NCBI RefSeq assembly: GCF_001194135.2
Contig: NC_068999.1
Coordinates: forward strand, 49,722,254-49,786,253
Source of the DNA: Octopus bimaculoides
Lineage: Eukaryota
Direction: 5' to 3'
Length of the DNA: 64,000 nucleotides
A program made the position numbers and the translations under genes. Shown here piece by piece: positions 37,169-51,227 of this stretch. The notes under the pieces are model-generated. The model was not told the DNA's origin. It did no database searches and saw nothing but the letters and a program-made list of their open reading frames with translations. Each line of letters opens with the position of its first letter. Within the stretch, counting starts at the first letter, position 1.

Positions 37169-39160
37169 GTCCCGTCCAGGTGGGGAATTTATATGCCATG
37201 GAAACCGGGAAACCGATCCTTGTGCATCGGCATGACTCTGGAAGTAACCTCATTACTTTACTACCTACAGATATCGACATAGAACCCTGAAAACTAAACC
37301 ACAGTATGTTAAAATGCAAAGAAGATCTCTCCATCTGGAAGACGCATAATATATACGTATCAGTTAATGCGTCGCATCATGCCTGACCTAAGGTTAACCA
37401 ACAATAAGAACAAACTTTTACATCTTTTTTTTATATTTCACATATTGAACTACCGTCTTTAAATAACCCTGCACCAGCAGCAATTAATCTATTCATTTGG
37501 TTTTGGTATCATCATTGGATGCGACATGAATTAACCAAGTTGTTGAATGATTTCTATGTGGCATTACGAGAGATAAGTTTTGGCATTCTGCTGTAATACA
37601 TCAAGCTCAACTACGCGAAAGTCGTTCCCGAGAAGGGCATAAATATTTCGTCCCCTATTACATTTAATCATCAGGATTCTCCATTACTGAATAATTTCGG
37701 TAGAAAAAAATATTTACAACATTTCTGTTTTAACTGATTCTATAGTTTTATGACTAAACTATAAATCATTTTCATATTGAATTAGCAAAATATTAAAAGT
37801 TATCCTTGAATGAAGGAGATACAGAAATCTCTTCATGATACGTGAGATAATTTAGACTGTCATCTTCAAGCATAGAAGCCATAAACTACAATCATATTAA
37901 CTGTGAAAATATACACAGCCATCTTTAAAAGTGGGGATCTATAGCGATATACCTAAAGTGAAAGCACGAAGATGAATATAAAATAACACTTATCTTGTTG
38001 AAACAAAGCTAGTAGTGTTTTATTTTTCTCGTTAATTTTTATATACTATCACTATGCTTATTTATTCTTTATTCTTGATATATATCTTTATCACGTGAGA
38101 TAGTCACACGCTGATCTGTCTGAAACAAATGTAGACCACCATTTTCGAATATTTTGACACGAACGCTTCTTTCTTTATCATCCTGTAAAAATATGCGATA
38201 TTCACAGAAATGTCATCAACCCAACAATAAATTTTCAGTGTATTTTGTATTCTATAGTGAGCAACGAACAGCAGAAGGCAAAATACCCAGCAATCCGAAT
38301 CACCTTTAGATTGAGTTTCTCTTATCATTCATGTTAAATAACCTGGGAGAAAAAGTGTCAACAAAGAAGCCACAATGTGCCAATATGGTCCCTTAACCTA
38401 AAAATAATAGGAACCACTTCTACTTTAAATCATATCTTGTTATCTTCAGTAAAAGAACACAAGAAAAAGATAGGATTCTGAAACTTTTCCATCTTGGCGA
38501 TAGTGCTGGCCTGGGAATAAACGACAAAATATTTGGCACCACGTTAATAATTGGTCTTTGCTTAAGACACTTGATTACAAAACGTAAATCACGTGATTTT
38601 ATTGTGCAAGGTTATGACTGCCATCTTGATTTATCTAATATCACATTTTAAAAGTTTCCACTAAAATTTGTTAAAGAATTTATGACAATGTCGGTTTGTT
38701 TACATCCCTGTAACTAGCATTTCGGCAAGACAGAAGATAGGATAAGAACCAGACTTATAAGATATGTACTGGGGTCGATTTGATCAAATAAACCCTTCAA
38801 TGCACTGCTCCAGCAAGGCCGCATTGTAATGCTTGAAACAAGTAAAACAAAGAGAAAAAGTGTATATTCTGATTTGTTACCAACCATTAATTAGTTGTCT
38901 TTATATTCTTATACACTGATCAAATATTACCGAATATATTTATCGATAAATGTAATCTTTAGATTTAATCTTTTTGCGTGCTGCAGTCATTAGACTGCAG
39001 TCCTGCTGGAGCATTGCCTACAAGGTATTATATCGGTCTCTTTTGCCGATCAACACCGGCTGTCAAGCGGTGGGCTAACACAAGCATAAACACACACACA
39101 CACATGTACACGTATAAACACATACATATACACGCATATATACATATATANNNNNNNNNN

Positions 39161-39191
<31 letters not shown>

Positions 39192-39394
39192 AGCGTATTA
39201 AAATCAGCGCTAGTGTTGTAAATATTATCGGCACATACTCAATGTATATGTTTTGCTTGTTCGCCGGTTCACTGCCAAATTGTGCCGTGGAGACAACTCC
39301 ATCATTGCGCCGGCGAAATAGCAGAATCTATCACTCCTGAATGGGATCGGAGGCGAATTGTGACGTCTGTCTACGACTTTCAAGCATTTTAATA

Positions 39395-39775
39395 CCCAGT
39401 GCAATGAAGGAAAAGATGAAAGGCAAAGTGGATCTCGGCGGAATTGGAAGGAACTTAGGTTGTAAAGACCTGCGAAATGCCGCTAAGCATTTTTTCCGGC
39501 GCGCCAACGATTCTGCCAGCACGCCGCCTTCTCCCTAAAGAATGATAATCCTTTCTATTATAAGCACAATGTCTGAAATTTTGGGGGAGAGGGACCATTC
39601 GATTAGATTGACCCCAGTACGCAACTGGTACTTAATTTATCGACCCCGAAATGATAAAAGGCAAAGTCGACCTCGGCGGAATTTGAACCCCCAGAACGTA
39701 AAGACGTACGAAATGCCGTTAAGTACTTTGCCTGGCGCGCCAACGGTTCTGCCACCTCGCTGCCTTCTCCCAACA
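39395..39775 (-). mobile_element. Two tandem SINE family B copies (39395-39535 and 39545-39775)
   Basis: Each has gatgaaaggcaaag/gataaaaggcaaag, ctcggcggaatt and ttctgcca..cg..gccttctccc. Confidence 0.88.
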
Positions 39776-41152
39776 GAGTAATAAAAGTTCTTTTGTTGGG
39801 ATATTACTTAAGATAGCAGCACAAAGTGTCATCTCCCGTAAGATTACAGCACACTTTGAGAAACATTACAAACTTGTTATAAACGCAATAATATCTGCCA
39901 TCTGCATAATGCATTGTGAATAAAACATATGAATTAGACGTGCATTAACATATATTATAAACTCTACACATAATAATACATTTTAAATTCTAATTCGTAT
40001 ATTGCAAAGTAGTGTGAAATTTGTCCTAACATTTTGACGCCTCAGCAAATAACGTATTCACATTATGACAAACAGTTATATTATAATAGACATATTGTCA
40101 GAAAGTGAGCGGTGTGTGTGCTATTGTATGAAGTGTTCAAGAATTCTTTCGTTATTTATTAAATCGTTTCATTCATTCCCTCGGGAAATTGCGAGAAATG
40201 TAAATATCTCTGTAATGTTTCAATGGAGAAACTCTAATATATTCCTTCTCCGTATGGTTGAACATTGAATCAATCAAACGTCAGGAGAAAGAGACATTTA
40301 ATTAAATCGAACCCACCAGATACTTCATAATCCTTCGTTTTTATATTAAGTTTAGTTCTCTAGCCAACTTTCTCATCGCTCCGTTTCGATATAGGATATC
40401 ATGTCTGAGTGTATATGATGTGACCATTCTGCCGAATAGACATCTGTGTGTGATATGCATTAACATGTAAAGAGCCAGACCGCTGCACATACTGTAATTA
40501 CACAAAAGTAAAGCCAATCCCAAATTTCTAGACTGATTCTTTATTTTTTTTTTAGATTCCTTCATTACTTTATACAAAAGAAGAGGTCAAAAACGTAAGA
40601 GAAATAAAAACGTCGTTTCATTTACTTTGTTTCACCAGGAAATCTTATTGTGAACGTGGGCATAGGACTGTCTTGAAGAGAATTCATTTGGAGAAACTGT
40701 GAACAGTATTTATTATAGGTCGGAGAGCATAATGGTTATCAGTATTCAACGCCCAACAGCTTGTAACAATGGAATAAATAAATGAAGAAATATACAGATA
40801 AATATATACAGAAGCGCATTAAGAGTCGGAGATCATTCGCTTACTGCAAAATGATGATATATTTGATAGCTTACAGTCTGGTATAGTATATACAACAAAA
40901 AGAGAACGTTTTCTTGAAGGCCGGTGAGGGGTAGAGAGGCATCTCACGTCAGATAGTCAACATGCATTTCTTGATTGCGAACAAACATGTTAGATATAGC
41001 ATTAAGATGTGTATCGATAGATGTTTTTAAATAAACATATTCCAGTACAGAGTCTCTTAAACATCTACGCCTATCTCTGCCGCTTGTACGTCGGTCACAC
41101 TATACGCCTGTAACTTTACAATCCTTATCAGGTTTAATACATACGTATGAAC

Positions 41153-41217
<65 letters not shown>

Positions 41218-41623
41218 CACACACACACATATATATAATATGTGTGTATATATATATATTTATATAGAACACACACACATACATACCTACATGTATATAT
41301 ACATAGATACATGCATACATATATATGTATATGTGCATATATAGATATGCATTGTATGTACATATAAATATGTATATGTATACATGTGTATACATGTGTG
41401 TGAGTGCGCGTGCGTGTATGCGTGTTTGTGTACGCGCGCTTTTCTTTCGCGAGATCCTTGATGTGTGTTGAAACCGATATTGTTGTATTTTGTAAGAATG
41501 ACCCTCCCCCAATGCACACGCGCGCGCACACAGATTTATGTATTTATGTATGTATATATATGTATGTATGTATGTATGTATAAGTATGTATACATATACG
41601 TACATAAATGTATACATAAGCAT

Positions 41624-41685
<62 letters not shown>

Positions 41686-42064
41686 GCGCGCGCACACACA
41701 CATATGCATATACCTTGCGTTTAAAGAATTTCCCAAGGATGTCTTCTGCATGTTGAACAGATATTTATGTATGTTAAGGAAAATCAGAAGATTGGAGGTA
41801 ATAGTTTTTACCTGAAATAAAAATAATTCAATTTGAATTCAGTCGATTTCATTGATCCCAATATTTAATCCTGGCTTTCTTTAATCGGCTCTCATTTAAC
41901 GCTAAACTTAAAGGGCCTCAACAAATATGATAAGGCATTTTGTCACGTGCTCTACCGATTCTGCGGCCCCATTGGCTTTCAAATGAGTATTAATTGCTAA
42001 CTGAGGATTAAGGCCTCAATTTATGATGATAGAGTGAGGTGTGTATCGATTATATCAATTCCAG

Positions 42065-42142
42065 ACATTTCTTCATCTCAAAGGAATGAAAAGGAGCAGA
42101 AAGCTTCTGAATCCCAGAAGAAAGAAAGACAAAAACACATCG
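42065..42142 (+). CDS. Candidate coding exon (78 nt, phase 1-1), xISSSQRNEKEQKASESQKKERQKHI
   Basis: Acceptor tatcaattccAG, strong donor TCG|gtaaga, open frame. Confidence 0.45.
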
Positions 42143-42255
42143 GTAAGATTTTAACCAAGAACATAATTGTCTCAATTAATATACCAGAAGGAATTTTAAT
42201 CGATTCTCAGTTGTTTTTGTCAATTCACGGCTTTTTTGAAGATCATTGATATTAG

Positions 42256-42467
42256 TTTCAAATTTTGGCACATTGTCAATAGTTTCGAGGAAGGGGCTAA
42301 GTCGATACTTCGACCCTAGTGCTCAACTGCTACTTATTTTATCGACCCCGATAGGATGAAAGGCAAAGTCGACATCGGTGGCTTTTGAACATAGAACGTA
42401 AAGCCGGACGAAATGCTGCTAAGCATTTTGTCTGGCGTGCTAGCGATTCTTCCAGCTCGCCGCCAAG
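42256..42467 (-). mobile_element. SINE family B copy, full length
   Basis: tttcaaattttggcac...ttatcgaccccgataggatgaaaggcaaagtcgac...ccagctcgccgcc. Confidence 0.9.
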
Positions 42468-42917
42468 AAGATTGTTGATATTAAAAGCTATAAAGTACCG
42501 CTCAAGTAGTGGGTCGATTTTCTTTATTGTACACATCTCCAAAATATGTGACCTGATTTTGATACTAGGAATCAATACTGGAAGCATTATACTGTTCGAT
42601 GTTAGCCTATAGTTCAATTTATCATATCCAATCATTTTTAATCGTACTAATACAAGTCGTAGATATATGCAATCGCAAATGGAATACCAAACCAGTAACG
42701 TTTGAGCAGAGGCATAAAGAGTAAAAATAAAATAGATTTCTTTTTTTTTATCTTTCTTTGGTTATATTCTTTTGTGTTATTCCTGTTATTCCTTTGTTAC
42801 CATTCTCTTTTACTTTCCATTCGAATTTCTTCTACATTCTGATTTTAAAGCAATCCTTGCAAGCTATTTGGCAAGGTTTGATTGATCGTACAAACATATA
42901 TGCATTGATAAATACGT

Positions 42918-43003
<86 letters not shown>

Positions 43004-43597
43004 NNNNNNNNNNNNNNNNNNNNNNNNNNNNNNNNNNNNNNNNNNNNNNNNNNNNNNNNNNNNNNNNNNNNNNNNNNNNNNNNNNNNNNNNNNNNNNNNN
43101 NNNNNNNNNNNNNNNNNNNNNNNNNNNNNNNNNNNNNNNNNNNNNNNNNNNNNNNNNNNNNNNNNNNNNNNNNNNNNNNNNNNNNNNNNNNNNNNNNNNN
43201 NNNNNNNNNNNNNNNNNNNNNNNNNNNNNNNNNNNNNNNNNNNNNNNNNNNNNNNNNNNNNNNNNNNNNNNNNNNNNNNNNNNNNNNNNNNNNNNNNNNN
43301 NNNNNNNNNNNNNNNNNNNNNNNNNNNNNNNNNNNNNNNNNNNNNNNNNNNNNNNNNNNNNNNNNNNNNNNNNNNNNNNNNNNNNNNNNNNNNNNNNNNN
43401 NNNNNNNNNNNNNNNNNNNNNNNNNNNNNNNNNNNNNNNNNNNNNNNNNNNNNNNNNNNNNNNNNNNNNNNNNNNNNNNNNNNNNNNNNNNNNNNNNNNN
43501 NNNNNNNNNNNNNNNNNNNNNNNNNNNNNNNNNNNNNNNNNNNNNNNNNNNNNNNNNNNNNNNNNNNNNNNNNNNNNNNNNNNNNNNNNNNNNNNNN

Positions 43598-43664
<67 letters not shown>

Positions 43665-43680
43665 CGCGTACGTGATATAC

Positions 43681-43857
43681 ATGTAGACAGGCAGACGTTT
43701 TCCGCCGCCATCCATTGAATAACTTTGTCGTCTGTGTTTAAGGTGAATCCATATTTCGACAATGCATTTTTCTGTTTGACTTGTTTACAATTTAATTCAC
43801 CATTTTTAACCATAAAAGTTTTATGGCACATATCCCGATAAAACTCAGTAACATTCT
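43681..43857 (-). CDS. Candidate minus-strand exon (177 nt, phase 1-1), xNVTEFYRDMCHKTFMVKNGELNCKQVKQKNALSKYGFTLNTDDKVIQWMAAENVCLST
   Basis: Acceptor ttattacttttAG, donor CAT|gtatat, open frame. Confidence 0.3.
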
Positions 43858-44514
43858 CTAAAAGTAATAACAATGAATGAATAAATGAATAAAAATAAAT
43901 AAATACATAAATAAATAAATATATAAATAAGCAAATGTATTGGTATCTTCCAAGTTATCAATAACAATACCGCTTCGAGTATGCTGATGAGAAAGTTTGC
44001 TGTAAAATGAAGAAATAAAGAAGAAGATATCATTCTTATCAGATGAAGAATTCTTCATTTCCATTCTGGAGTGATGATAGCGAATAGTATTGCGAACTAT
44101 CAAAAGTTGAGACTAAATATATAGAGAGACATAGATATATATTTAATCACAGTATGAAGAAAATATCTGTGTAAGGAAAAAAGAAAAAGGACGAAATTAA
44201 AAGCTATGTTAATGTGAAACACAGACAAGCAATACTTTCGATAATCGATCTCAGAAAAAAAATAGATGCATACATTAGTGTATGTATGTATGTATGTATG
44301 CATGTATGTATGTATGTATACATATGTATGTGTATGTACTGTATATATACGTATACATAAATAAATAAATATATATATTCATTATACGAAATAAATAAAT
44401 ATATATATACATACTTATATGTATTTATATATGTCTGTGTATGCATATGTGTTATACAAATATATACGCATATAAAAATTTACTTGTTTGTGCGTGTGTG
44501 CATGTGCGTGTGTG

Positions 44515-44593
<79 letters not shown>

Positions 44594-45089
44594 GTGTGTG
44601 TGTCTGTGTGTCTGTGTGAATAAAAAATGGAAGCAATTATTATGAAATAAATGTCTTACAGTATTTTTTTCTGACTCTTTATATACTCATTCTAATTCCC
44701 ATGGAGTCCAACTTTGCCTTTTTCCCTTTTCGGTGTCAATAAAATATAATTCCATCGAAGTACTAAAATCGATGTAACTGGCTAAGCCGCTTGCAACCCA
44801 AATTATTCTCTTTGAGCCTTAATTCCAAACAATAATGTAGCAAAGGTCAACAAGTCGTTTTCAACAAGTTTACTTTTTCAGACGTATAAGATAAAGTTTT
44901 ATTTCTTAAATGTGAATTTTATTTCTGGAAAATAAGTAAAAAAAATTTAAGATTGATGAATTTCTTTTGAAGTAATATAGAATAAAACCATGGTCAGAAA
45001 CCTCTCTAGTGTTGCTATTTGATAAGAAGGCAAAATAATGTATGCCCCAAAAGTGTAAATTTTCCAAAAGAGTGAGAGGGAGAAAGAGT

Positions 45090-45305
45090 GTGTCTTTGTA
45101 TCTGTGTTTGTCCCCCACTATCGCTTGACAACCGATGTTGGTGTGTCTATGTTCCCGTAGCTTAGGGGTTCGGTAAAAGATACCGTTATAATAAGTACTA
45201 GGCATTGAAAAAAGTCCTGGGGTCGATTTGTTCCCTAAAACTCTTCAAGGCGATGATGCAGCATGGCCGCAGTCAAATGGCTGAAACAAGTAAAAGAATA
45301 GAAGA
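45090..45305 (+). mobile_element. SINE family A 3' half
   Basis: tgtgtttgtcccccactatcgcttgacaaccg...ggggtcgatttg...gcatggccgcagtcaaatggctgaaacaagtaaaag. Confidence 0.9.
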
Positions 45306-45869
45306 ATGAGAGAATATATATTCATTGGCTTGCGTGCGTGTGAGTACGTTTATCTCCTTTCTTTGTATTCATGGTTTACGATGACATCTATTTACCACCT
45401 TAATAAAAATGATCATATTGGGTAGCATGGTCATGGGTTATCAGTGTCTTGCGTAAAAAGGAAGAGCGAAAGGGTCGAGGGTGGAATATATTTGATGATA
45501 TATCAGCTCAATCAGAACTGATCTTAGGTTAAAGAATAACAAGAACAACAACAATAGATTCAATAATGAAAATTACGAATTCAGTAATAGTAAACTCATT
45601 AATTCTGAATGCTAAAAACTACAAAGACGTATAAACCATTAAATACTAATGAGAACCTATTATACGCTTAAAAACCATAAGACATTAAACGTTTATGAGA
45701 TACATTAGAAAACAGCACGAGTGCTTCCTAACTTTGATATTGTTTCATAAAACAACTTAAATGGTGTTCGTATCATTCCGGTTGTTTTTCTTTGTTGTAG
45801 CTGTTATCATGATCTTCATCACCATCAGCATTTTAATCATCTTCATTATTATTAATTATTATTAGGGGT

Positions 45870-46066
45870 ATTGAGTGAGAGAGCAGTGCATGCCATCAAA
45901 GTGACACTGGGGCAAAATATACGAAGCCCAGTATACCCATCATGACTACCCGTCTGATAAGGGTACACCAGGAACATGCGTCACAACCGTATGTGCGCGA
46001 CATGGTGATCTCATATCAAAGTTAACAGCGCATGACTTTACAGGTGGGGCCCAGCTAGAATTTTCT
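45870..46066 (-). mobile_element. GC-richer fragment embedded in TAT repeats; possible non-LTR retroelement 3' UTR
   Basis: Abrupt compositional boundaries with (TAT)n on both sides. It resembles an octopus repeat I recall, but no second copy is present here. Confidence 0.45.
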
Positions 46067-46564
46067 TATTATTATTAGAATAATTACCAGATAATTACCG
46101 ATAGAATACTTACCAGAATTAAAAAGTACTGCAGTCGATTTCTTCAACTAAGCCCTTGTAGGTGGTGCTCCAGCATGGCCAGATAACGTTGTCTGAAACA
46201 CGTATGTGAATGATAAAAGAAACGTAACTTAAACGATGAAAGAAATGTAACATGTTAGTTTAATTATTACGTACAGGAAAGAAAAATCAGAGTGAGTTTA
46301 CCGATTCCGCTAAATGTATTTGGAAAGAAGATTCCAGAGAATCAATCTAGTTTCTAATATGTCTGAAAATCAATTCCCTATTTCATGTTCTAAATATGTT
46401 AACATCTCTTTACAAACGCAAATGTGCAGCTAGAGAAGTGTTCAACTGATGTGCACCTATATGCGCAAGCAAACGTCCACACGTCCACGCGAGCTAAGAA
46501 TACTAAAAAGGTTCTGTGCAATCGTTTGAAATATACACACATATATATACATACATACATACAT

Positions 46565-46603
<39 letters not shown>

Positions 46604-47208
46604 NNNNNNNNNNNNNNNNNNNNNNNNNNNNNNNNNNNNNNNNNNNNNNNNNNNNNNNNNNNNNNNNNNNNNNNNNNNNNNNNNNNNNNNNNNNNNNNNN
46701 NNNNNNNNNNNNNNNNNNNNNNNNNNNNNNNNNNNNNNNNNNNNNNNNNNNNNNNNNNNNNNNNNNNNNNNNNNNNNNNNNNNNNNNNNNNNNNNNNNNN
46801 NNNNNNNNNNNNNNNNNNNNNNNNNNNNNNNNNNNNNNNNNNNNNNNNNNNNNNNNNNNNNNNNNNNNNNNNNNNNNNNNNNNNNNNNNNNNNNNNNNNN
46901 NNNNNNNNNNNNNNNNNNNNNNNNNNNNNNNNNNNNNNNNNNNNNNNNNNNNNNNNNNNNNNNNNNNNNNNNNNNNNNNNNNNNNNNNNNNNNNNNNNNN
47001 NNNNNNNNNNNNNNNNNNNNNNNNNNNNNNNNNNNNNNNNNNNNNNNNNNNNNNNNNNNNNNNNNNNNNNNNNNNNNNNNNNNNNNNNNNNNNNNNNNNN
47101 NNNNNNNNNNNNNNNNNNNNNNNNNNNNNNNNNNNNNNNNNNNNNNNNNNNNNNNNNNNNNNNNNNNNNNNNNNNNNNNNNNNNNNNNNNNNNNNNNNNN
47201 NNNNNNNN

Positions 47209-47249
<41 letters not shown>

Positions 47250-47626
47250 TGCGTGTGTGAGCGTGAATAATCTGGTTTTGTATTGTATTCTATTCTGAAA
47301 CAGTTGTATTCGTTTCAGCCTGTTGGTTACATTGTGTTGCATATGTATATGTATGAACGTATATCTATCAAACTGAAGATATCTTTTAGAAATCTGTCAT
47401 CTCTTCTATGCTCTGCTGCTCTAGACGTCTATTTATGCAAAGCTTCGAAGCATTTCTAAGACCTACTTAACAACATGCTAATAATGCATACAGGGTACCT
47501 TAACAGTACTACGTAATAGAATTACTGCCAGTCGGCTGCTGAAATTCTTACGCATTGCTAACATACTAGTGAAGGTTTTCTCGTTAAAAAAAAAAAAAGT
47601 GAAATAACACTAACAGTAGCAACACC

Positions 47627-47669
<43 letters not shown>

Positions 47670-48782
47670 CATGCGATGCAGAATCGAGCAGATGTTTCTT
47701 TGATGTTAAAATGAAAATAATGACAAGATGCTATGTTCATTCTGACTTTGCCCTCTCTCGCTGTTCGTCTGTATAATTCCCTTTCTCTGTCTGTCTTTCT
47801 TTCTCTCTCTCTCCTCTCCTCTCTTTCTGTCTCTCCCTCTCTATCTTCTCTCTCTCTCTTTCTCTCTTACTCTTTTTTTTCTCTCCCTCACCTTCTCTTG
47901 CGTCTGTTTAGCCAAAGCAGAATTTGTTCCATTCTGCATGGATGAACAATTCTTGTGCCAAGAATATATGTCTTTGCATTAGCACCTGAAATGTATGATA
48001 CTTTCTTCACAAAGAATAGGTCATAGTATAAAACAACGTAAGGGCGTACGCATTTACATACACACATATACGTACATGCACCTCCCCACACACATGTATA
48101 TATATATATACACACACACATATATANNNNNNNNNNNNNNNNNNNNNNNNNNNNNNNNNNNNNNNNNNNNNNNNNNNNNNNNNNNNNNNNNNNNNNNNNN
48201 NNNNNNNNNNNNNNNNNNNNNNNNNNNNNNNNNNNNNNNNNNNNNNNNNNNNNNNNNNNNNNNNNNNNNNNNNNNNNNNNNNNNNNNNNNNNNNNNNNNN
48301 NNNNNNNNNNNNNNNNNNNNNNNNNNNNNNNNNNNNNNNNNNNNNNNNNNNNNNNNNNNNNNNNNNNNNNNNNNNNNNNNNNNNNNNNNNNNNNNNNNNN
48401 NNNNNNNNNNNNNNNNNNNNNNNNNNNNNNNNNNNNNNNNNNNNNNNNNNNNNNNNNNNNNNNNNNNNNNNNNNNNNNNNNNNNNNNNNNNNNNNNNNNN
48501 NNNNNNNNNNNNNNNNNNNNNNNNNNNNNNNNNNNNNNNNNNNNNNNNNNNNNNNNNNNNNNNNNNNNNNNNNNNNNNNNNNNNNNNNNNNNNNNNNNNN
48601 NNNNNNNNNNNNNNNNNNNNNNNNNNNNNNNNNNNNNNNNNNNNNNNNNNNNNNNNNNNNNNNNNNNNNNNNNNNNNNNNNNNNNNNNNNNNNNNNNNNN
48701 NNNNNNNNNNNNNNNNNNNNNNNNNNNNNNNNNNNNNNNNNNNNNNNNNNNNNNNNNNNNNNNNNNNNNNNNNNNNNNNNNN

Positions 48783-48820
<38 letters not shown>

Positions 48821-49319
48821 CATATCTATTTATACGTAGCAGCGTATAGCAATTTAGCTAAAGTAAGTTAGAATAATATAAGGTGCCAATGAGTATAAAT
48901 GAAAACGAAAACAAACTCTATATTACAGATCCTCGGGAAAAGGGACGATGTCAGCTTACGGCCAGGTTTACGGTATGTTGACGGCTCCTCAGAGAGGACG
49001 CAACTGTCATAATTTCCAATTTAATATCCCAGGTTAGGTTCTTATAAAACAGTCATGAATCAAACTAGCGCGCTATTGGATATCTTAATTAACATATTTT
49101 GGTTTCAGAGGCCCTATCTTTACTTAAGCAATGTCGATGATGTATGTGTCTGTGTGCGTGTGCATGTACCTGTGTCTTATTCATATTACACTCATAATAT
49201 ACATAGGATAAATAATACATATATTATATGTAATACATATGTGATAACACACACACACACACACTTATATACATACATACGCACACACACACTGACATAA
49301 ACACACCCATGCCATTACA

Positions 49320-49369
<50 letters not shown>

Positions 49370-49886
49370 TATATGTATGTATGTATGTGTGTGTGTAAAG
49401 ATATATATCTAACTCTACTAACATTTATACACACATGCACACACACACACACACATACACACACACACACACACTCATACACACATAAACAAGCACCTAT
49501 ATGTGCGTGTTTGTATGTGTGCATAAGAACATTTGTGTTACATCTATTTCCAAGGAAGTTAGACAGAAGCAGCTGAGACTAGCCCAATATATATNNNNNN
49601 NNNNNNNNNNNNNNNNNNNNNNNNNNNNNNNNNNNNNNNNNNNNNNNNNNNNNNNNNNNNNNNNNNNNNNNNNNNNNNNNNNNNNNNNNNNNNNNNNNNN
49701 NNNNNNNNNNNNNNNNNNNNNNNNNNNNNNNNNNNNNNNNNNNNNNNNNNNNNNNNNNNNNNNNNNNNNNNNNNNNNNNNNNNNNNNNNNNNNNNNNNNN
49801 NNNNNNNNNNNNNNNNNNNNNNNNNNNNNNNNNNNNNNNNNNNNNNNNNNNNNNNNNNNNNNNNNNNNNNNNNNNNNNNNNNNNNN

Positions 49887-49936
<50 letters not shown>

Positions 49937-49951
49937 CATATATATATATGC

Positions 49952-49983
<32 letters not shown>

Positions 49984-50287
49984 ATGTATGTATATATATA
50001 TATAGTTTTCAAATCCATTTTTTAAATAAACATTGACTTTCGTTGTAGGTGTCGATCCTACACTCTTACCTCTTTTTTTAAATGGTTTCTTCATCTCTTC
50101 TCTTTTGTTATTTCTAGCAGCACATCATCATCATCATCAGCAGCAGCAGCAGCAATAACAAAAACAATAGCTTTGGAGAATAAAACTGTGCACAGGTGAA
50201 ATGGTAGCGAATAAGTGTAAAGACATGTGCGAGCAATAACAATATTAATATAAAACAATCAGGTTTGCAAATTCGGATACGCAATGG

Positions 50288-50405
50288 TTTCAAATTTTGG
50301 CACAAGACCAGCAATTTCGGGAAAGGGGTGAGTCGATTGCAGCGGCCCCAGAATACATATGGTACTTATTTTATCGACCCCGAAAAAGATGAAAGGCAAA
50401 GTTGA
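50288..50405 (-). mobile_element. SINE family B 3' part
   Basis: tttcaaattttggcacaagaccag...ttatcgaccccgaaaaagatgaaaggcaaag. Confidence 0.85.
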
Positions 50406-51227
50406 TTTACATTAATTGGTGCTAGATACTATTATGTAGAATGTTATCCGATATACATGTTTACATTAGCATCAAGTGTATATTAGTGCGGTATAAATTC
50501 GCAAACAAGTTTAAATTAATCTTTTAAAAGGAAGTTTGAAGTGGTATACAGCATGAGAGAAGAAAATTATCAATCAACGGTGCATAAAATCAATGTTTGG
50601 ATTGAGTTTGTTGATGTCTATATATGGCTTCATCAGTGAAATGCAAAAAGGTACTAATAATCATACAAACAGTATTTTATTTGAATAAATACGGTTTGTT
50701 TCTTAAATCATTCACTGGATTGTATTTAAATTTCTTGGTTATATTTAAACGTTTAGAGTCATTAAGTATTGTGCGACTGATAAATGAAGTTAAAGGAAAC
50801 TGTTATGTTGAAAATTTCTAAGGTAGTTATGCGAGCTATGTTAGCGATATTTAAAGAGGAGATAACGCAGGTACTAAGATGCGATAGATGGAAGTCAAAT
50901 TGATAAATTTAAGTAATGAATTTAAGCTGTTGAAAGAGGAATTAATGCAGTTGGGAAGATTGTTTAGTTTCCATCATAATGCCAATTATCTGAAACATAT
51001 TTCTAAGAGATCTTTCTTCGCAAAAGGAAGTTGTTTAGTCTAGATGTAAGACAGAGAGGTTAGTGGACCAGGAGCTGATAAAATATATTTGTTTGTAGTG
51101 GTTTTTATCAGTAAATTTGGTGTTAGCTCTCACAGGATCTGAAATAGATTGCAGGAAGTACTTCTATGATGAAAGTAATGCGGAAATATATAAAGATAAT
51201 TAAGGATTGTGTGTACATAATATAAAA

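Larger units (their letters stand above)
36657..37250 (+). mobile_element. SINE family D copy carrying a telomeric-repeat expansion and a nested MITE
   Basis: Head tagcttagtgg(ttaggg)7tgttggactc...ggtttcagttcc; body gttcttgagcaaaacacttc...; the SINE resumes after 37168. Confidence 0.9.
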
